Virus record (IMG/VR): IMGVR_UViG_3300004369_000643
Location: 38,595-102,594 of that record
DNA from: a virus
Reading direction: 5' to 3' (one strand)
Length of the DNA stretch: 64,000 nucleotides
The position numbers were made by a program, and so were the translations under genes. Below are positions 1-8,939 of the stretch, one piece after another. The notes beneath the pieces are model-generated. The model was not told the origin of the DNA. It saw only the letters and a program-made list of their open reading frames with translations, and ran no database searches. How positions within the stretch are numbered: the first letter of the stretch is position 1; every line of letters begins with the position of its first letter.

Positions 1-426
1 CATTACTTGGCTGTATGGATAGCACTAGATGACATCCATGAGGATTCAGGCCCGTTTGAGTTTGTTCGTGGTTCTCATGTTCTTCCTATTATCACACAAG
101 ATCAAACTTTGTCTAGGCTGGAAGTCGCAGAGCGTACCGATCCTATGTGGCCTAAGTACTCTGAAAGATTTTTGACACCCATGTTTGAAGATTTATTGGA
201 TCGTGGTAATATGAGGACAGAAAAGTTTTTGGCTAAAAAGGGTGACGTACTTGTATGGCACGCTCGTTTAATGCACCGAGGTTCTCTTCCTAACAATCCT
301 GATTTGTGGAGAGAGACTGCTATCATACATTATTCAGGCATTAATCATAGGCCCGATATGCCGGTTGCTGAGCAGTTTGAAGACGGTGGCTGGTTTTTCC
401 CGATAAATCAAAACATTCCACTGTAG
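1..426 (+). CDS. Phytanoyl-CoA dioxygenase (PhyH)-family 2OG-Fe(II) oxygenase, probably 5'-truncated by the window edge
   Basis: VWIALDD..EDSGPFEFVRGSH and KGDVLVWHARLMHRGSLPN...RE motifs are typical of the PhyH C-terminal half. The frame is open from base 1. Confidence 0.8.
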   Translation, partial: HYLAVWIALDDIHEDSGPFEFVRGSHVLPIITQDQTLSRLEVAERTDPMWPKYSERFLTPMFEDLLDRGNMRTEKFLAKKGDVLVWHARLMHRGSLPNNPDLWRETAIIHYSGINHRPDMPVAEQFEDGGWFFPINQNIPL

Positions 427-427
427 T

Positions 428-808
428 ATGCCTGCGAAGTATGGGCATCAAGACAAGGCTAAAGCAACTAAGTTACATAGTTTGCTGGTGCGTACTAGAG
501 ATAACTTTACTTGTCGTTGGTGTGGTGCTTCTAAGAAAGACGGTAAGCAGATCCAGTGTGCGCATATTATTTCTCGTGGTGTTTCTGCGACTAGGACTGA
601 TGAGCGCAATGCGGTTGCATTATGTGCGTCATGCCATTGGAAGCAAAGTAAAAATCCTATAATCTGGGCTAGATGGATAGAGTGCGAGTTAGGTACTGAA
701 CATATAGATGATTTGATTGAAAGAGGGGTACCCGGTGTTTTGGTGGATTGGACATCAGAAGTATCCCGCCTACAATCTGCCCTTGACCGTTTAACTGACA
801 TAAGGTAA
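428..808 (+). CDS. NinG/HNH-like zinc-finger endonuclease
   Basis: RTRDNFTCRWCG...QCAHIISRG..ATRTDERNAVALCASCH: two CxxC pairs with an H-N-H core. Confidence 0.8.
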   Translation: MPAKYGHQDKAKATKLHSLLVRTRDNFTCRWCGASKKDGKQIQCAHIISRGVSATRTDERNAVALCASCHWKQSKNPIIWARWIECELGTEHIDDLIERGVPGVLVDWTSEVSRLQSALDRLTDIR

Positions 809-817
809 AATAGAGTA
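783..817 (+). promoter_or_regulatory. sigma70-type promoter, leaderless
   Basis: TTGACC(783)-17 nt-TAAAAT(806)-6 nt-ATG(818). Confidence 0.7.
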
Positions 818-1168
818 ATGACTTATTCTCGTAGCGCACCTATTAGTTCAGTGGAAGTGGAATCTGAGTTAATTCGACTTACGGGTGAAATTGAGTCAGA
901 GACAGAGGCATTTGAAATGCTGGCAAAAGATCATGCCGTTAAGGAAGCAGAATATAAGAAGCAGTGGTTTAAAGAGTATCTTGCCGCTGAAGGCGCTGTG
1001 AAGCAAAAGGAAAGTTGGGCTGGATATAAGACTAGCGAGTTATATTACGACGCTCAAGTTGCGGATGCGTTAGTTAGGGCAAAGCGAGAGAAGTTACATT
1101 CTTTAAGAACTGCCTGTGACGCATTGAGAACAATTGCCGCAAACGTACGATCACAGGTTAAGTTTTAA
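818..1168 (+). CDS. Hypothetical all-helical phage protein (possibly UvsY-like)
   Basis: 116 aa coiled-coil ORF directly behind a promoter; function is a guess. Confidence 0.55.
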   Translation: MTYSRSAPISSVEVESELIRLTGEIESETEAFEMLAKDHAVKEAEYKKQWFKEYLAAEGAVKQKESWAGYKTSELYYDAQVADALVRAKREKLHSLRTACDALRTIAANVRSQVKF

Positions 1169-1177
1169 GGAGAATAT

Positions 1178-1786
1178 ATGGGTAACTATTTAAATGTTGG
1201 GTGCGGTACGCACTACGCTACAGGTTGGGTTAACACCGATGTATGGGAAGACCATGCTACTAAGCCCGATGTGCTGGTTGAGTCAGGAAAGCCATACCCC
1301 TTTGAAGACAATACTTTTGATGCCATTTTCTTAGGCCACGTTTTAGAGCACATGGATTGGAGCGAGGTTGGTGGATTTTTAGAAGACATGAATAGGATTG
1401 CTAAGCCTAATTCACCAATACTTGCTGTGGGGCCTGATGTCTATCGAACAATTAAACGTTGGCATAAAAATCAAGAGCCGTGGAGTATGGTTGAATCTGT
1501 AATGGAGCATCAAGATGTTTACGGCGGGTATACGTCTTTTATTAACTCTGATGCTTATACTGCTACGCCTCCTGACTGGTGGGATGGTGCGGCTCATCAC
1601 TGGAATTGCCACGAAGACCGCATGTTCAGCATTATGTCATCCGTCTTTACGGACTGTTCTGTTTACACTGACAAGATTACGTGCGATGGTACAATGACTA
1701 GTTGGTTAGACAATGAAAATAATATCACTTGGCCTGTTGTAGGCTACTGGCACTGGCAATGCGCCGTACTGGGGTACTCAACATGA
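1178..1786 (+). CDS. Class I SAM-dependent methyltransferase
   Basis: LNVGCG motif I; PFEDNTFDAIFLGHVLEHM; SD AAGGAG upstream. Confidence 0.8.
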   Translation: MGNYLNVGCGTHYATGWVNTDVWEDHATKPDVLVESGKPYPFEDNTFDAIFLGHVLEHMDWSEVGGFLEDMNRIAKPNSPILAVGPDVYRTIKRWHKNQEPWSMVESVMEHQDVYGGYTSFINSDAYTATPPDWWDGAAHHWNCHEDRMFSIMSSVFTDCSVYTDKITCDGTMTSWLDNENNITWPVVGYWHWQCAVLGYST

Positions 1787-2571
1787 TTCATAATATTGCA
1801 GATAATCTTCAAAACCTTGCTGTAGATATTGATCTGTTACGCCCTTTGGAGAATAACGCACGACGAGGTAATGTCGATGCGATTATGGCATCTTACAGTA
1901 AGTTTGGTCAGGTAAAACCTATTGTGGCTATAGCAGATGACGCCGGTGACCTTACAGTTATCGCAGGTAACCACCAGTTAGAAGCGGCTAAAAGGTTAGG
2001 GTGGCAACAGATCGCAGTTTCTGTAGTTGATTTAGACAACGACGATGCACTTGCGTTTGCCTTGGCAGATAATCGTATTTCTGATCTAGGCACAACAGAT
2101 AATGAAATTCTGTATGAGTTGTTAACTGACGTAATTGGCGACGACGAAAACTTTTTTGAAGTTTTAGGCTGGGACGATTTCTCTGTGGCGGCTATAGAAA
2201 ACACTGTGATTACTGCCGAGTTGGCTAATGATAGCAATGCTGGATGGACTGCTCCTGAAATTGTTTTTAACGACGTGGGTGTTGACTCTCCGCCCCCCGC
2301 TGTACCTACTCAGAGTAGCGGCACCAATGAGCAGCCCGCCCGCAATCCACAACCGAATACGTCCACGATTGTAACACAGGGTAGCACAAGCACGGGATCG
2401 TCAGGTACAAGTAATGCATCTATTCAATTTACTCTAGTTTTTGATAGCGCAGAGCAACAATCTAAATGGTATGCTTTTATTAAGTGGCTTAGAGAAAGTC
2501 CTGTCTATGATGGCGATACAACTTCAGAGAGGTTGTTTGACTTTATTGCCCAGCATTCAGAAATGGGCTAA
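1783..2571 (+). CDS. ParB/Srx N-terminal domain protein
   Basis: NARRGN..AIMASYSKFGQVKPIV...VIAGNHQLEAAKRLGW...AFALADNR. The start is placed at the ATGA overlap (1783) rather than the track's 1729. Confidence 0.8.
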   Translation: MIHNIADNLQNLAVDIDLLRPLENNARRGNVDAIMASYSKFGQVKPIVAIADDAGDLTVIAGNHQLEAAKRLGWQQIAVSVVDLDNDDALAFALADNRISDLGTTDNEILYELLTDVIGDDENFFEVLGWDDFSVAAIENTVITAELANDSNAGWTAPEIVFNDVGVDSPPPAVPTQSSGTNEQPARNPQPNTSTIVTQGSTSTGSSGTSNASIQFTLVFDSAEQQSKWYAFIKWLRESPVYDGDTTSERLFDFIAQHSEMG

Positions 2572-2573
2572 CT

Positions 2574-3746
2574 GTGGCTAGGCGTAGAATGTTTTTAGAC
2601 ATGAATTGTGTCGATGCTGCACGTGAGCGTATCCGTCATGTTTATGATACTTTCGATACTGTTTGTGTACAGTTTAGTGGCGGTAAAGACTCAACTGCTT
2701 GCTTGTACTTAGCGAAAGAAATACATGAGGAACGTGGTTTAGGGCCTGTTAAAGTTATTTTCCGTGATGAAGAGATGCTGTCTCCTGCGGTTGCTGATTA
2801 CGTTCAGCGTGTAAGCGAGTATGATTGGGTGGACATGGAGTGGTATTGTCTTCCTATGGGGCAAGAAGTTTGGGTTCTAGGTGCAAGAGAGTATGTTTTG
2901 CTATGGTCTAAGATGCGAGAAAGCGAAGGCCGCTTGTTTAGACCTTTTCCAAAGAACGCTATTAGGGCGGAGCACTTTGGGCTTGATCCGAGTAAGGCGA
3001 TTCCCCGGAAGGTCGATGAATACACTATGCAGGGAAAGAAGGGAAGAACAGCATTTATTACCGGTGTACGTGCAAATGAATCGATGATTCGGTATCGTAC
3101 AGTAACTCAAAAGTTACACGAGAATTATATTAATCGACCATTTAAGTTATCTAAGGCAATACCTCTGCGGTTTGCTAAAGTTATTTATGACTGGACATCT
3201 GATGATGTTTTAAAGTTTATTACTGAAGAGCATGGTGCCGATTATTGTGCATACTATGACTATGCTGCTATGAGTGGAGCAAATCAAAGGGTGGGCATCC
3301 CTCTTCATGCTGTAGCCTCAAGAAGACTTACTGATGTTCTTAGAACTGAGCCAGAGTTCTATGACGATCTTGTTAGATGTTTTCCTCAGATTGAAGCACA
3401 GCGTCAGTTGTGGTCTGAATTCAACATTGAAAGAGTTATTGATATGTACGAGAGCATGGGGTGGAAGGGCGTTAAGTACTGCGTTGAAGATAATATTTTA
3501 ACTCCGGGGCTTCGAAAAGCGGCCATGGTGTACAGTAATGACTTTAAGAAGAAACACGCCAAAGACCCTTATGGGTACCCGTTAGATCACTTGATTCGGA
3601 CATTGTTATTAAATTCATTTGTAGGTTCACCAAGTCCTGTAGGCCCTAAGACCAAAGCACACAACAAGCGCAGATCGCTACTAGAGCAAGATGATCAGAT
3701 TATCATGGATGCCAACAGCCTTGACTTGCACGACGATACACGGTAG
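2574..3746 (+). CDS. PAPS-reductase-family (PP-loop) protein, IbrA/YbdN-like
   Basis: VQFSGGKDS PP-loop; ITGVRANESMIR; IYDWTSDDV; QRVGIP; adjacent to a ParB gene as in ibrAB/ybdNM. Confidence 0.8.
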   Translation: MARRRMFLDMNCVDAARERIRHVYDTFDTVCVQFSGGKDSTACLYLAKEIHEERGLGPVKVIFRDEEMLSPAVADYVQRVSEYDWVDMEWYCLPMGQEVWVLGAREYVLLWSKMRESEGRLFRPFPKNAIRAEHFGLDPSKAIPRKVDEYTMQGKKGRTAFITGVRANESMIRYRTVTQKLHENYINRPFKLSKAIPLRFAKVIYDWTSDDVLKFITEEHGADYCAYYDYAAMSGANQRVGIPLHAVASRRLTDVLRTEPEFYDDLVRCFPQIEAQRQLWSEFNIERVIDMYESMGWKGVKYCVEDNILTPGLRKAAMVYSNDFKKKHAKDPYGYPLDHLIRTLLLNSFVGSPSPVGPKTKAHNKRRSLLEQDDQIIMDANSLDLHDDTR

Positions 3747-3755
3747 TGTAATCAC
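3721..3755 (+). promoter_or_regulatory. sigma70-type promoter, leaderless
   Basis: TTGACT(3721)-17-TAGTGT(3744)-6-ATG(3756). Confidence 0.65.
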
Positions 3756-4277
3756 ATGGATTTAGCAAATATAAAAGATGTGCGTCCCCCTAAATGGACA
3801 TCTTCGTGTTATGTTGTTTCTCCTGACTATAAAAAACTTGAGAAGTCAATTAAGAAGTATGGTATTTTAAGTCCTATAGTAATTCAGCCTGACGGAACTA
3901 TTGTAGATGGTTTTCATCGATGGAAGGCTGCAAATGAATTGGGTTTAAGTAAGGTTCCTGTAGTTGTCGTTCAGGTTGACGACATTGAAGCCATGTTATT
4001 ACACATTGACCTAAATAGGTATCGTGGTATAGTTATAGCCAAGTACCTGTCTAATATGATTAGACGTATCCTTCAGTCTGGTAGATACGATCATGAATCG
4101 TTGCGAAGTAAAATGGGACTTACTTCTGAAGAGTTTGACGTTTTAGCAGAAGGCTCTTTGATTAAGATGCGTAAGATTAAGCAGCACACGTATTCACCTG
4201 CTTGGGTTCCCATTGAGTCAGCGACTGGCGAAGATATAAACGTTGAGCGTGTTACTGGACACGCAGAGCAGGTTTAA
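3756..4277 (+). CDS. ParB-like protein, IbrB/YbdM-like
   Basis: SIKKYGILSPIV...IVDGFHRW...LNRYRG. Confidence 0.8.
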   Translation: MDLANIKDVRPPKWTSSCYVVSPDYKKLEKSIKKYGILSPIVIQPDGTIVDGFHRWKAANELGLSKVPVVVVQVDDIEAMLLHIDLNRYRGIVIAKYLSNMIRRILQSGRYDHESLRSKMGLTSEEFDVLAEGSLIKMRKIKQHTYSPAWVPIESATGEDINVERVTGHAEQV

Positions 4278-4292
4278 GAAAGGAATGTAATC

Positions 4293-4619
4293 ATGAAAAT
4301 TAATGCATATCAAGCCGCCGCAAAGGAAACGGCGGTATTTCCTCCCGACAAAGGTATAGAGTACACGACACTAGGTTTAGTAAGTGAGGCTGGTGAAGTA
4401 GCCGATAAGGTTAAGAAAGTTATTCGTGATAGCGGCGGAGAATTTTCAGAAGAAGCAAAGCAGGCGATCAAAAAGGAACTAGGGGATGTCTTGTGGTACG
4501 TTGCTGGTTTGGCTTGGGAGTTGGGTTTCACTTTAGAAGACGTTGCTGAAACAAATATTTTAAAGTTGTCTAGCCGCTATGACCGTGGTAAGATTGGTGG
4601 ATCTGGAGATGACAGGTAA
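4293..4619 (+). CDS. mazG: MazG-like nucleoside triphosphate pyrophosphohydrolase
   Basis: LGLVSEAGEVADKVKK...KELGDVLWYVA...NILKLSSR. Confidence 0.88.
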   Translation: MKINAYQAAAKETAVFPPDKGIEYTTLGLVSEAGEVADKVKKVIRDSGGEFSEEAKQAIKKELGDVLWYVAGLAWELGFTLEDVAETNILKLSSRYDRGKIGGSGDDR

Positions 4620-5565
4620 CTCTTCGTGGCGTTCTCTGTCCACGCCAATCAATAATCTTTCCCCAGATGAAGCATTAATATTTAGTAAGTCTGATTATTC
4701 CGTTGTACTTAATCCCGTTTACGTTTGGGATACATTTCAGAAGAAGTTTGTAGAAGTTGAAGATCGTTACTGTACTGGTAGGTATGTAACTGACGCATTG
4801 GCTGATAGTGGTATGCGTCAAGAAAACTGGGAAGTTGTTAAAGATCGTTATGTTATCGTTCCAAACTCAGATATTTTAGAGCGAGCAACTACTATTGCAG
4901 ATGCGTTTAATGGCTCGGCTCATTTAGATAGTTGTGGCAGTCTAGATAACGGTAGAAAGTTTTTTGTTGCAATATTTACAGGGACTTTTGAGATTATAGG
5001 CTCTGGGGACAAAGATATGATTGATACTTATGTCATTGCTATGACTTCACATGACGGCTCGGTTCCCGTTTGTTATTACAATTTAGATGTCCGCAGGAGA
5101 AACAATTCTGTTTACAGGTTCTTTGATGAAAGTGCTGATTTTTGTATACGTAAGCGGCACACCCCTAATCATGCAGATCGGGATAGTGAGGTTACTGAAG
5201 TTTTAACCATGCGTCAAATGTGGAGTATGTCGTTTAAATCTACTTTAAATAAATTGCTTTCACCTTTATCAGAGTCGCAGTTTGAAACTGTTTTAAATTC
5301 TCAGTGGAACCCTAATACAGCATCTTCTAAAAGCAAACGTGATCACGCAGAAAATGTTATTGATACAATCAATTCGCTGTATAGGTCTGACTACAATTTC
5401 GGAATGTTTGGTCACAGCAAGTGGGCAGCGTTTAATGCTATTTGTGAATACATCGATTTCCACAGGGATATTCCCGGCTTGGAAGCGGCGCAGCATTCTT
5501 TAGAGATTGATAACTTTAGTCATCGTTTAAAGTTATCTCTGTATAAAGAGTTACGTTCTGTTTAG
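4609..5565 (+). CDS. DUF932-family phage/plasmid protein
   Basis: VVKDRYVIVPN, GSLDNGRKFF, TSHDGS, RHT and KWAAFNAICEYIDF motifs; start uncertain (4579 or 4609). Confidence 0.7.
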   Translation: MTGNSSWRSLSTPINNLSPDEALIFSKSDYSVVLNPVYVWDTFQKKFVEVEDRYCTGRYVTDALADSGMRQENWEVVKDRYVIVPNSDILERATTIADAFNGSAHLDSCGSLDNGRKFFVAIFTGTFEIIGSGDKDMIDTYVIAMTSHDGSVPVCYYNLDVRRRNNSVYRFFDESADFCIRKRHTPNHADRDSEVTEVLTMRQMWSMSFKSTLNKLLSPLSESQFETVLNSQWNPNTASSKSKRDHAENVIDTINSLYRSDYNFGMFGHSKWAAFNAICEYIDFHRDIPGLEAAQHSLEIDNFSHRLKLSLYKELRSV

Positions 5566-5828
5566 TCTAGTTCGATAAAGATGCACTCTCCGGGGCACTC
5601 CTCGGCTGATTCAATTACATCTTCAAGAATATTTTCTGGAACGTCAGCCATTCCTGTAGACATCTGGTAAACAGGCCCGTCTGCCTCACCGTTAGGCCCC
5701 TTTACATTAGGCCATGAGACTTCTTTAACGTATGCCAAGCCATCGTCATGCATTTCAAATACACTGGGGCATATTTCTGCGCACAAGCCATCTCCGGTAC
5801 AGAGGTCTTGATCAATCCAAACTTTCAT
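5562..5828 (-). CDS. Monocluster [3Fe-4S]/[4Fe-4S] ferredoxin
   Basis: MKVWIDQDLCTGDGLCAEICP...EECPGECI (CxxDxxC...CP); SD AGGAG upstream on the minus strand. Confidence 0.9.
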   Translation of the reverse strand: MKVWIDQDLCTGDGLCAEICPSVFEMHDDGLAYVKEVSWPNVKGPNGEADGPVYQMSTGMADVPENILEDVIESAEECPGECIFIELD

Positions 5829-5836
5829 AATTTCTC

Positions 5837-7153
5837 CTAAATGATAATTTCTATTTTACGTCGCAACCCCATTCCCAGCCCTGCACAAATGTTAAAAGCG
5901 TGGGTTGCTGCGTCAACTTGGTCATCGTGTACTCGGGCTTCGGGAAAGGATGATAGTTCGTCAAGGAAGTCTGTGTTCCAGTCAGCCCTAACCATTCTTA
6001 CGTTTCCATTTGCTACTGCCGCCGCAAATGGTTTTGCTCGTGTCACTTTGTCACCTGTGGCTCTCTGACCTTTGAAGTCGTATCCGGGTAAAACGTAACG
6101 AGCATATTGATCGATTAGGTTTTTACCTGCTGATCCCGGCTCCTGCTCCATCTGTATTGGGATTTCAGGGCCATCTTCAATTGCTGTGTTACGAACAAAC
6201 TTTTCTACACGATCACCTTTTGCTCTAACCCTACGAACATCTATAATGTAAAATACACCATTGTCAAAAGCAGCCAAGCACCCTACTGTCCAGTCTGGAT
6301 CAGGGTTGCTGGATGTTGGCTCTGTTCCCGCCAAGTCCCAGAAGCGTACAATCTGAGTGTCTTTACTAAATGATGGAATTTCGGTAAATTCAATTACTTC
6401 CAAGTTGTTTCTATCGAACATTGATCCAAGCGTGGTCGCCCACCAGTCACCAAACTCCAGTCGGTTTCTTTCAATGGGGTCAAGTTCTTGAAGTACTGCA
6501 CGGTATGATTCAGGGTCAATGCCGGGGTTATCAGTAAGCATTGATGGAATGAATATGCGTCCGTTCTTTTCACCCTCCACGAGAAATCGTTGCCGCACCC
6601 AGTTAGGTGCTGGGTTGGTTGCTGCTCTCATTCGTAGCGGTACCTCTGCAAGAGGCCCACTGGCTGGTCGCCTTAAACGTGAGAACATATAGCGATAGTC
6701 AGATTCTCTAATTTCTGTAACCTCATCCATTCCGATGAATTGAAACTCTGAACCTTTGTACCGTAGATAGTCGTTGACGTTATTTAGGTAACCGAATGTT
6801 ATTCTAGCGCCAGATGGGAACGTTGCAGTGTATTGGTTGGCGTTCCAATGAACATCGTCGTATTGCATAATCCAGTCTTTGAAACGATCCATTAGGGCAC
6901 CGGGAAGCGCAAGGTCGGCATATGTACGACGGAAAAGGATGGCACTGTAACCGGGAACATCTATATACTGTAGTGCCGCCATAATTAATGCTGATGATTT
7001 ACCACCGCCTGCAGCACCTCCAAAGAGTACTTCCTGACCCATTGATTTAAGGAATACCTTCTGAGTTATTGATGGCTCTTCAACCCAGTAGTCTGAACGC
7101 TTCGGCTCTAGATACTTCCTAATTTTCTCCCAATCCTGAGTTTGCATCGACAT
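5837..7153 (-). CDS. terL: Terminase large subunit
   Basis: Walker A GGAAGGGKS; Walker B IGMDE; ATNP coupling motif; RNase H-like nuclease WDLA...HDDQVDA. ATG 7153 has SD AGGAG; GTG 7180 is an alternative start. Confidence 0.93.
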   Translation of the reverse strand: MSMQTQDWEKIRKYLEPKRSDYWVEEPSITQKVFLKSMGQEVLFGGAAGGGKSSALIMAALQYIDVPGYSAILFRRTYADLALPGALMDRFKDWIMQYDDVHWNANQYTATFPSGARITFGYLNNVNDYLRYKGSEFQFIGMDEVTEIRESDYRYMFSRLRRPASGPLAEVPLRMRAATNPAPNWVRQRFLVEGEKNGRIFIPSMLTDNPGIDPESYRAVLQELDPIERNRLEFGDWWATTLGSMFDRNNLEVIEFTEIPSFSKDTQIVRFWDLAGTEPTSSNPDPDWTVGCLAAFDNGVFYIIDVRRVRAKGDRVEKFVRNTAIEDGPEIPIQMEQEPGSAGKNLIDQYARYVLPGYDFKGQRATGDKVTRAKPFAAAVANGNVRMVRADWNTDFLDELSSFPEARVHDDQVDAATHAFNICAGLGMGLRRKIEIII

Positions 7154-7159
7154 ATCTGC

Positions 7160-7194
7160 TTGTCTCCTAGACAATTTCACGGTAAAGTATACCT
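7160..7194. promoter_or_regulatory. Overlapping divergent promoters between terL and the portal operon
   Basis: Plus strand: TTGTCT(7160)-17-TAAAGT(7183)-6-ATG(7195). Minus strand: TATACT at 7191-7186, 5 nt before GTG 7180. Confidence 0.55.
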
Positions 7195-7353
7195 ATGAAG
7201 AAATTTCTGTCCCGTTCTTTCGCTGCTCACGCTTGTATGGGCGCAGGCATCGTTTTTATCGGCCTTGGTATTAGTATACTAAGTTTGGGGTGGGGTTTGG
7301 CAAGTGCTGGTCTTGCTTGTGGAATGTACGGGTATTTATTAGGGGCTGAATAA
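7195..7353 (+). CDS. Small membrane protein preceding the portal (52 aa, not in ORF track)
   Basis: MKKFLSRSFAAHACMGAGIVFIGLGISILSLGWGLASAGLACGMYGYLLGAE; TAA overlaps the portal ATG; leaderless promoter. Confidence 0.75.
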   Translation: MKKFLSRSFAAHACMGAGIVFIGLGISILSLGWGLASAGLACGMYGYLLGAE

Positions 7354-8939
7354 TGGCATGGAACTCTAGTTCAAATAAATCACTTCAATCCGGTATTGAA
7401 GAAAAGCGTGCGCAGGTTTCTGTGGGCGCTCCGGTTGCGTATAGCCCAACTATTCAGGGAAACAATCGTGGTTACCATGATGGTTGGGATATTGTTAAGA
7501 CCTATAAAGAGGCCGTTGCTAAGGTAACATGGGTATATCGCTCCATTGATGTTATTGCTTCCAATCAAGCAAGCCTGCCCATGATTCTCCGCAGGGATAA
7601 CAACCCTTTTGGTGAAATTGTAACTGAAAATCCTATTCTAAAAATTTTCAATAACACTGCTAATATTGGTGAGAATGCTTGGGCATTCAGGTATCGGCTT
7701 AGTTCGCAGTTACTGATGAGCACTAGAGGTGTATTTGTTGAGATAGTGCGCTCTAGGGATGGTACACCGATTGCAATGCATTTGTTACCGCCTCAGAATA
7801 CATCACCAATTCCCGATGTTAAAAACTTTGTTAAGGGCTTTGAAGTCCAAATTACGGCCATGGAAAAGCGAGTCATCAAGCCTAGTGATGTAATTTGGGT
7901 GCGCCGCCCGCATCCCCTTGATCCGTACTTATCCATGACCCCTATGGAGGCGGCTGGTATTGCCATTGAGCAAGAGACTTTGGCTAAGTTGTACAATAGA
8001 AACTTTTTGATTAACGACGGTAGGCCGGGGGGACTACTAGTCTTGCGAAGTGAAATTTCTGAAGAAGACAAAGATGAACTGCGATCAAGATTTAGAGGCA
8101 ATATTGGTAGAGCAGGCGCTGTTGGTGTTATTTCATCAGATGATGGTGCTGATTTTGTAGATACTGCTGCTAGCCCTCGTGATGCTTCGTATCAGCAAAT
8201 GAGAACAATTACTAAGGAAGAAATTTTAGCATCGTTCGGTGTCCCAGAGTCTATTATTGGTAACTCAGCCAACAGAACATTCTCTAATGCTATGGAAGAG
8301 GGTAAGGTTTTCTGGATGGAAACTATGACTCCACATTTGAATCTTATTGCCCGTTCATTTGATGCTATTGATGAATCTTACTTTGTTGACTTTGATACGT
8401 CAAACGTTCCTATTTTGATTTTGTCGAAGCAGGAACGTGAGAAGCATTATTTGTCAGAATTCCAGCAAGGTTTGATTAGCACAAATGAGTATAGAGAATC
8501 CTCTGCTCGTAAGAAAGTTGAGTCTGAGTTGGCTGATTCACTCTTGGCAAATCCAAATCTTACACCTTTGGCTAATACTGAAAAGCCTATGCAGCCTGAA
8601 GGCCAAGAGCAAGGTATGGGTGGTGCTCCCGGTATGGGTGGAATGGATGACATGGCCGGTGGTATGGGGGGTATGGACGGCGGCACTCCTCCGGCTCCTC
8701 GTGATGCGGGCTTTGTTGAAAGTGGTGTACCTCTCCAGCAACAAGCCACCTCAGCATTACAGCAACAAGTCACTGAGTTTAGTCCAGAAGAAGGTGCATT
8801 TGTTCCACTTGGCAATGTTCAGGGGACACAGAGAATTGAAGCACCTGCTAGCGCAGTTCCTAGTGAATTAGATGTGGAGGGTGAGAAGAGCCTCCCTTTA
8901 GAACAAAGACTTCTATTATTGGAGAACCTCCTCTCGTAG
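7353..8939 (+). CDS. HK97-family portal protein with P/G/Q/M-rich C-terminal tail
   Basis: WVYRSIDVIA..ASLP; PLDPYLSMTPMEAA; NFLINDGRPGGLL; EILASFGVPES..G...TFSN; GLISTNEYR. Confidence 0.93.
   Translation: MAWNSSSNKSLQSGIEEKRAQVSVGAPVAYSPTIQGNNRGYHDGWDIVKTYKEAVAKVTWVYRSIDVIASNQASLPMILRRDNNPFGEIVTENPILKIFNNTANIGENAWAFRYRLSSQLLMSTRGVFVEIVRSRDGTPIAMHLLPPQNTSPIPDVKNFVKGFEVQITAMEKRVIKPSDVIWVRRPHPLDPYLSMTPMEAAGIAIEQETLAKLYNRNFLINDGRPGGLLVLRSEISEEDKDELRSRFRGNIGRAGAVGVISSDDGADFVDTAASPRDASYQQMRTITKEEILASFGVPESIIGNSANRTFSNAMEEGKVFWMETMTPHLNLIARSFDAIDESYFVDFDTSNVPILILSKQEREKHYLSEFQQGLISTNEYRESSARKKVESELADSLLANPNLTPLANTEKPMQPEGQEQGMGGAPGMGGMDDMAGGMGGMDGGTPPAPRDAGFVESGVPLQQQATSALQQQVTEFSPEEGAFVPLGNVQGTQRIEAPASAVPSELDVEGEKSLPLEQRLLLLENLLS
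8876..8900 (+). other. Candidate programmed -1 frameshift signal (SD-like GGAGG + C CCT TTA)
   Basis: X XXY YYZ heptamer at 8894-8900 in the portal frame; GGAGG at 8876-8880; the -1 frame is open from 8885 to 9715. Confidence 0.7.
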
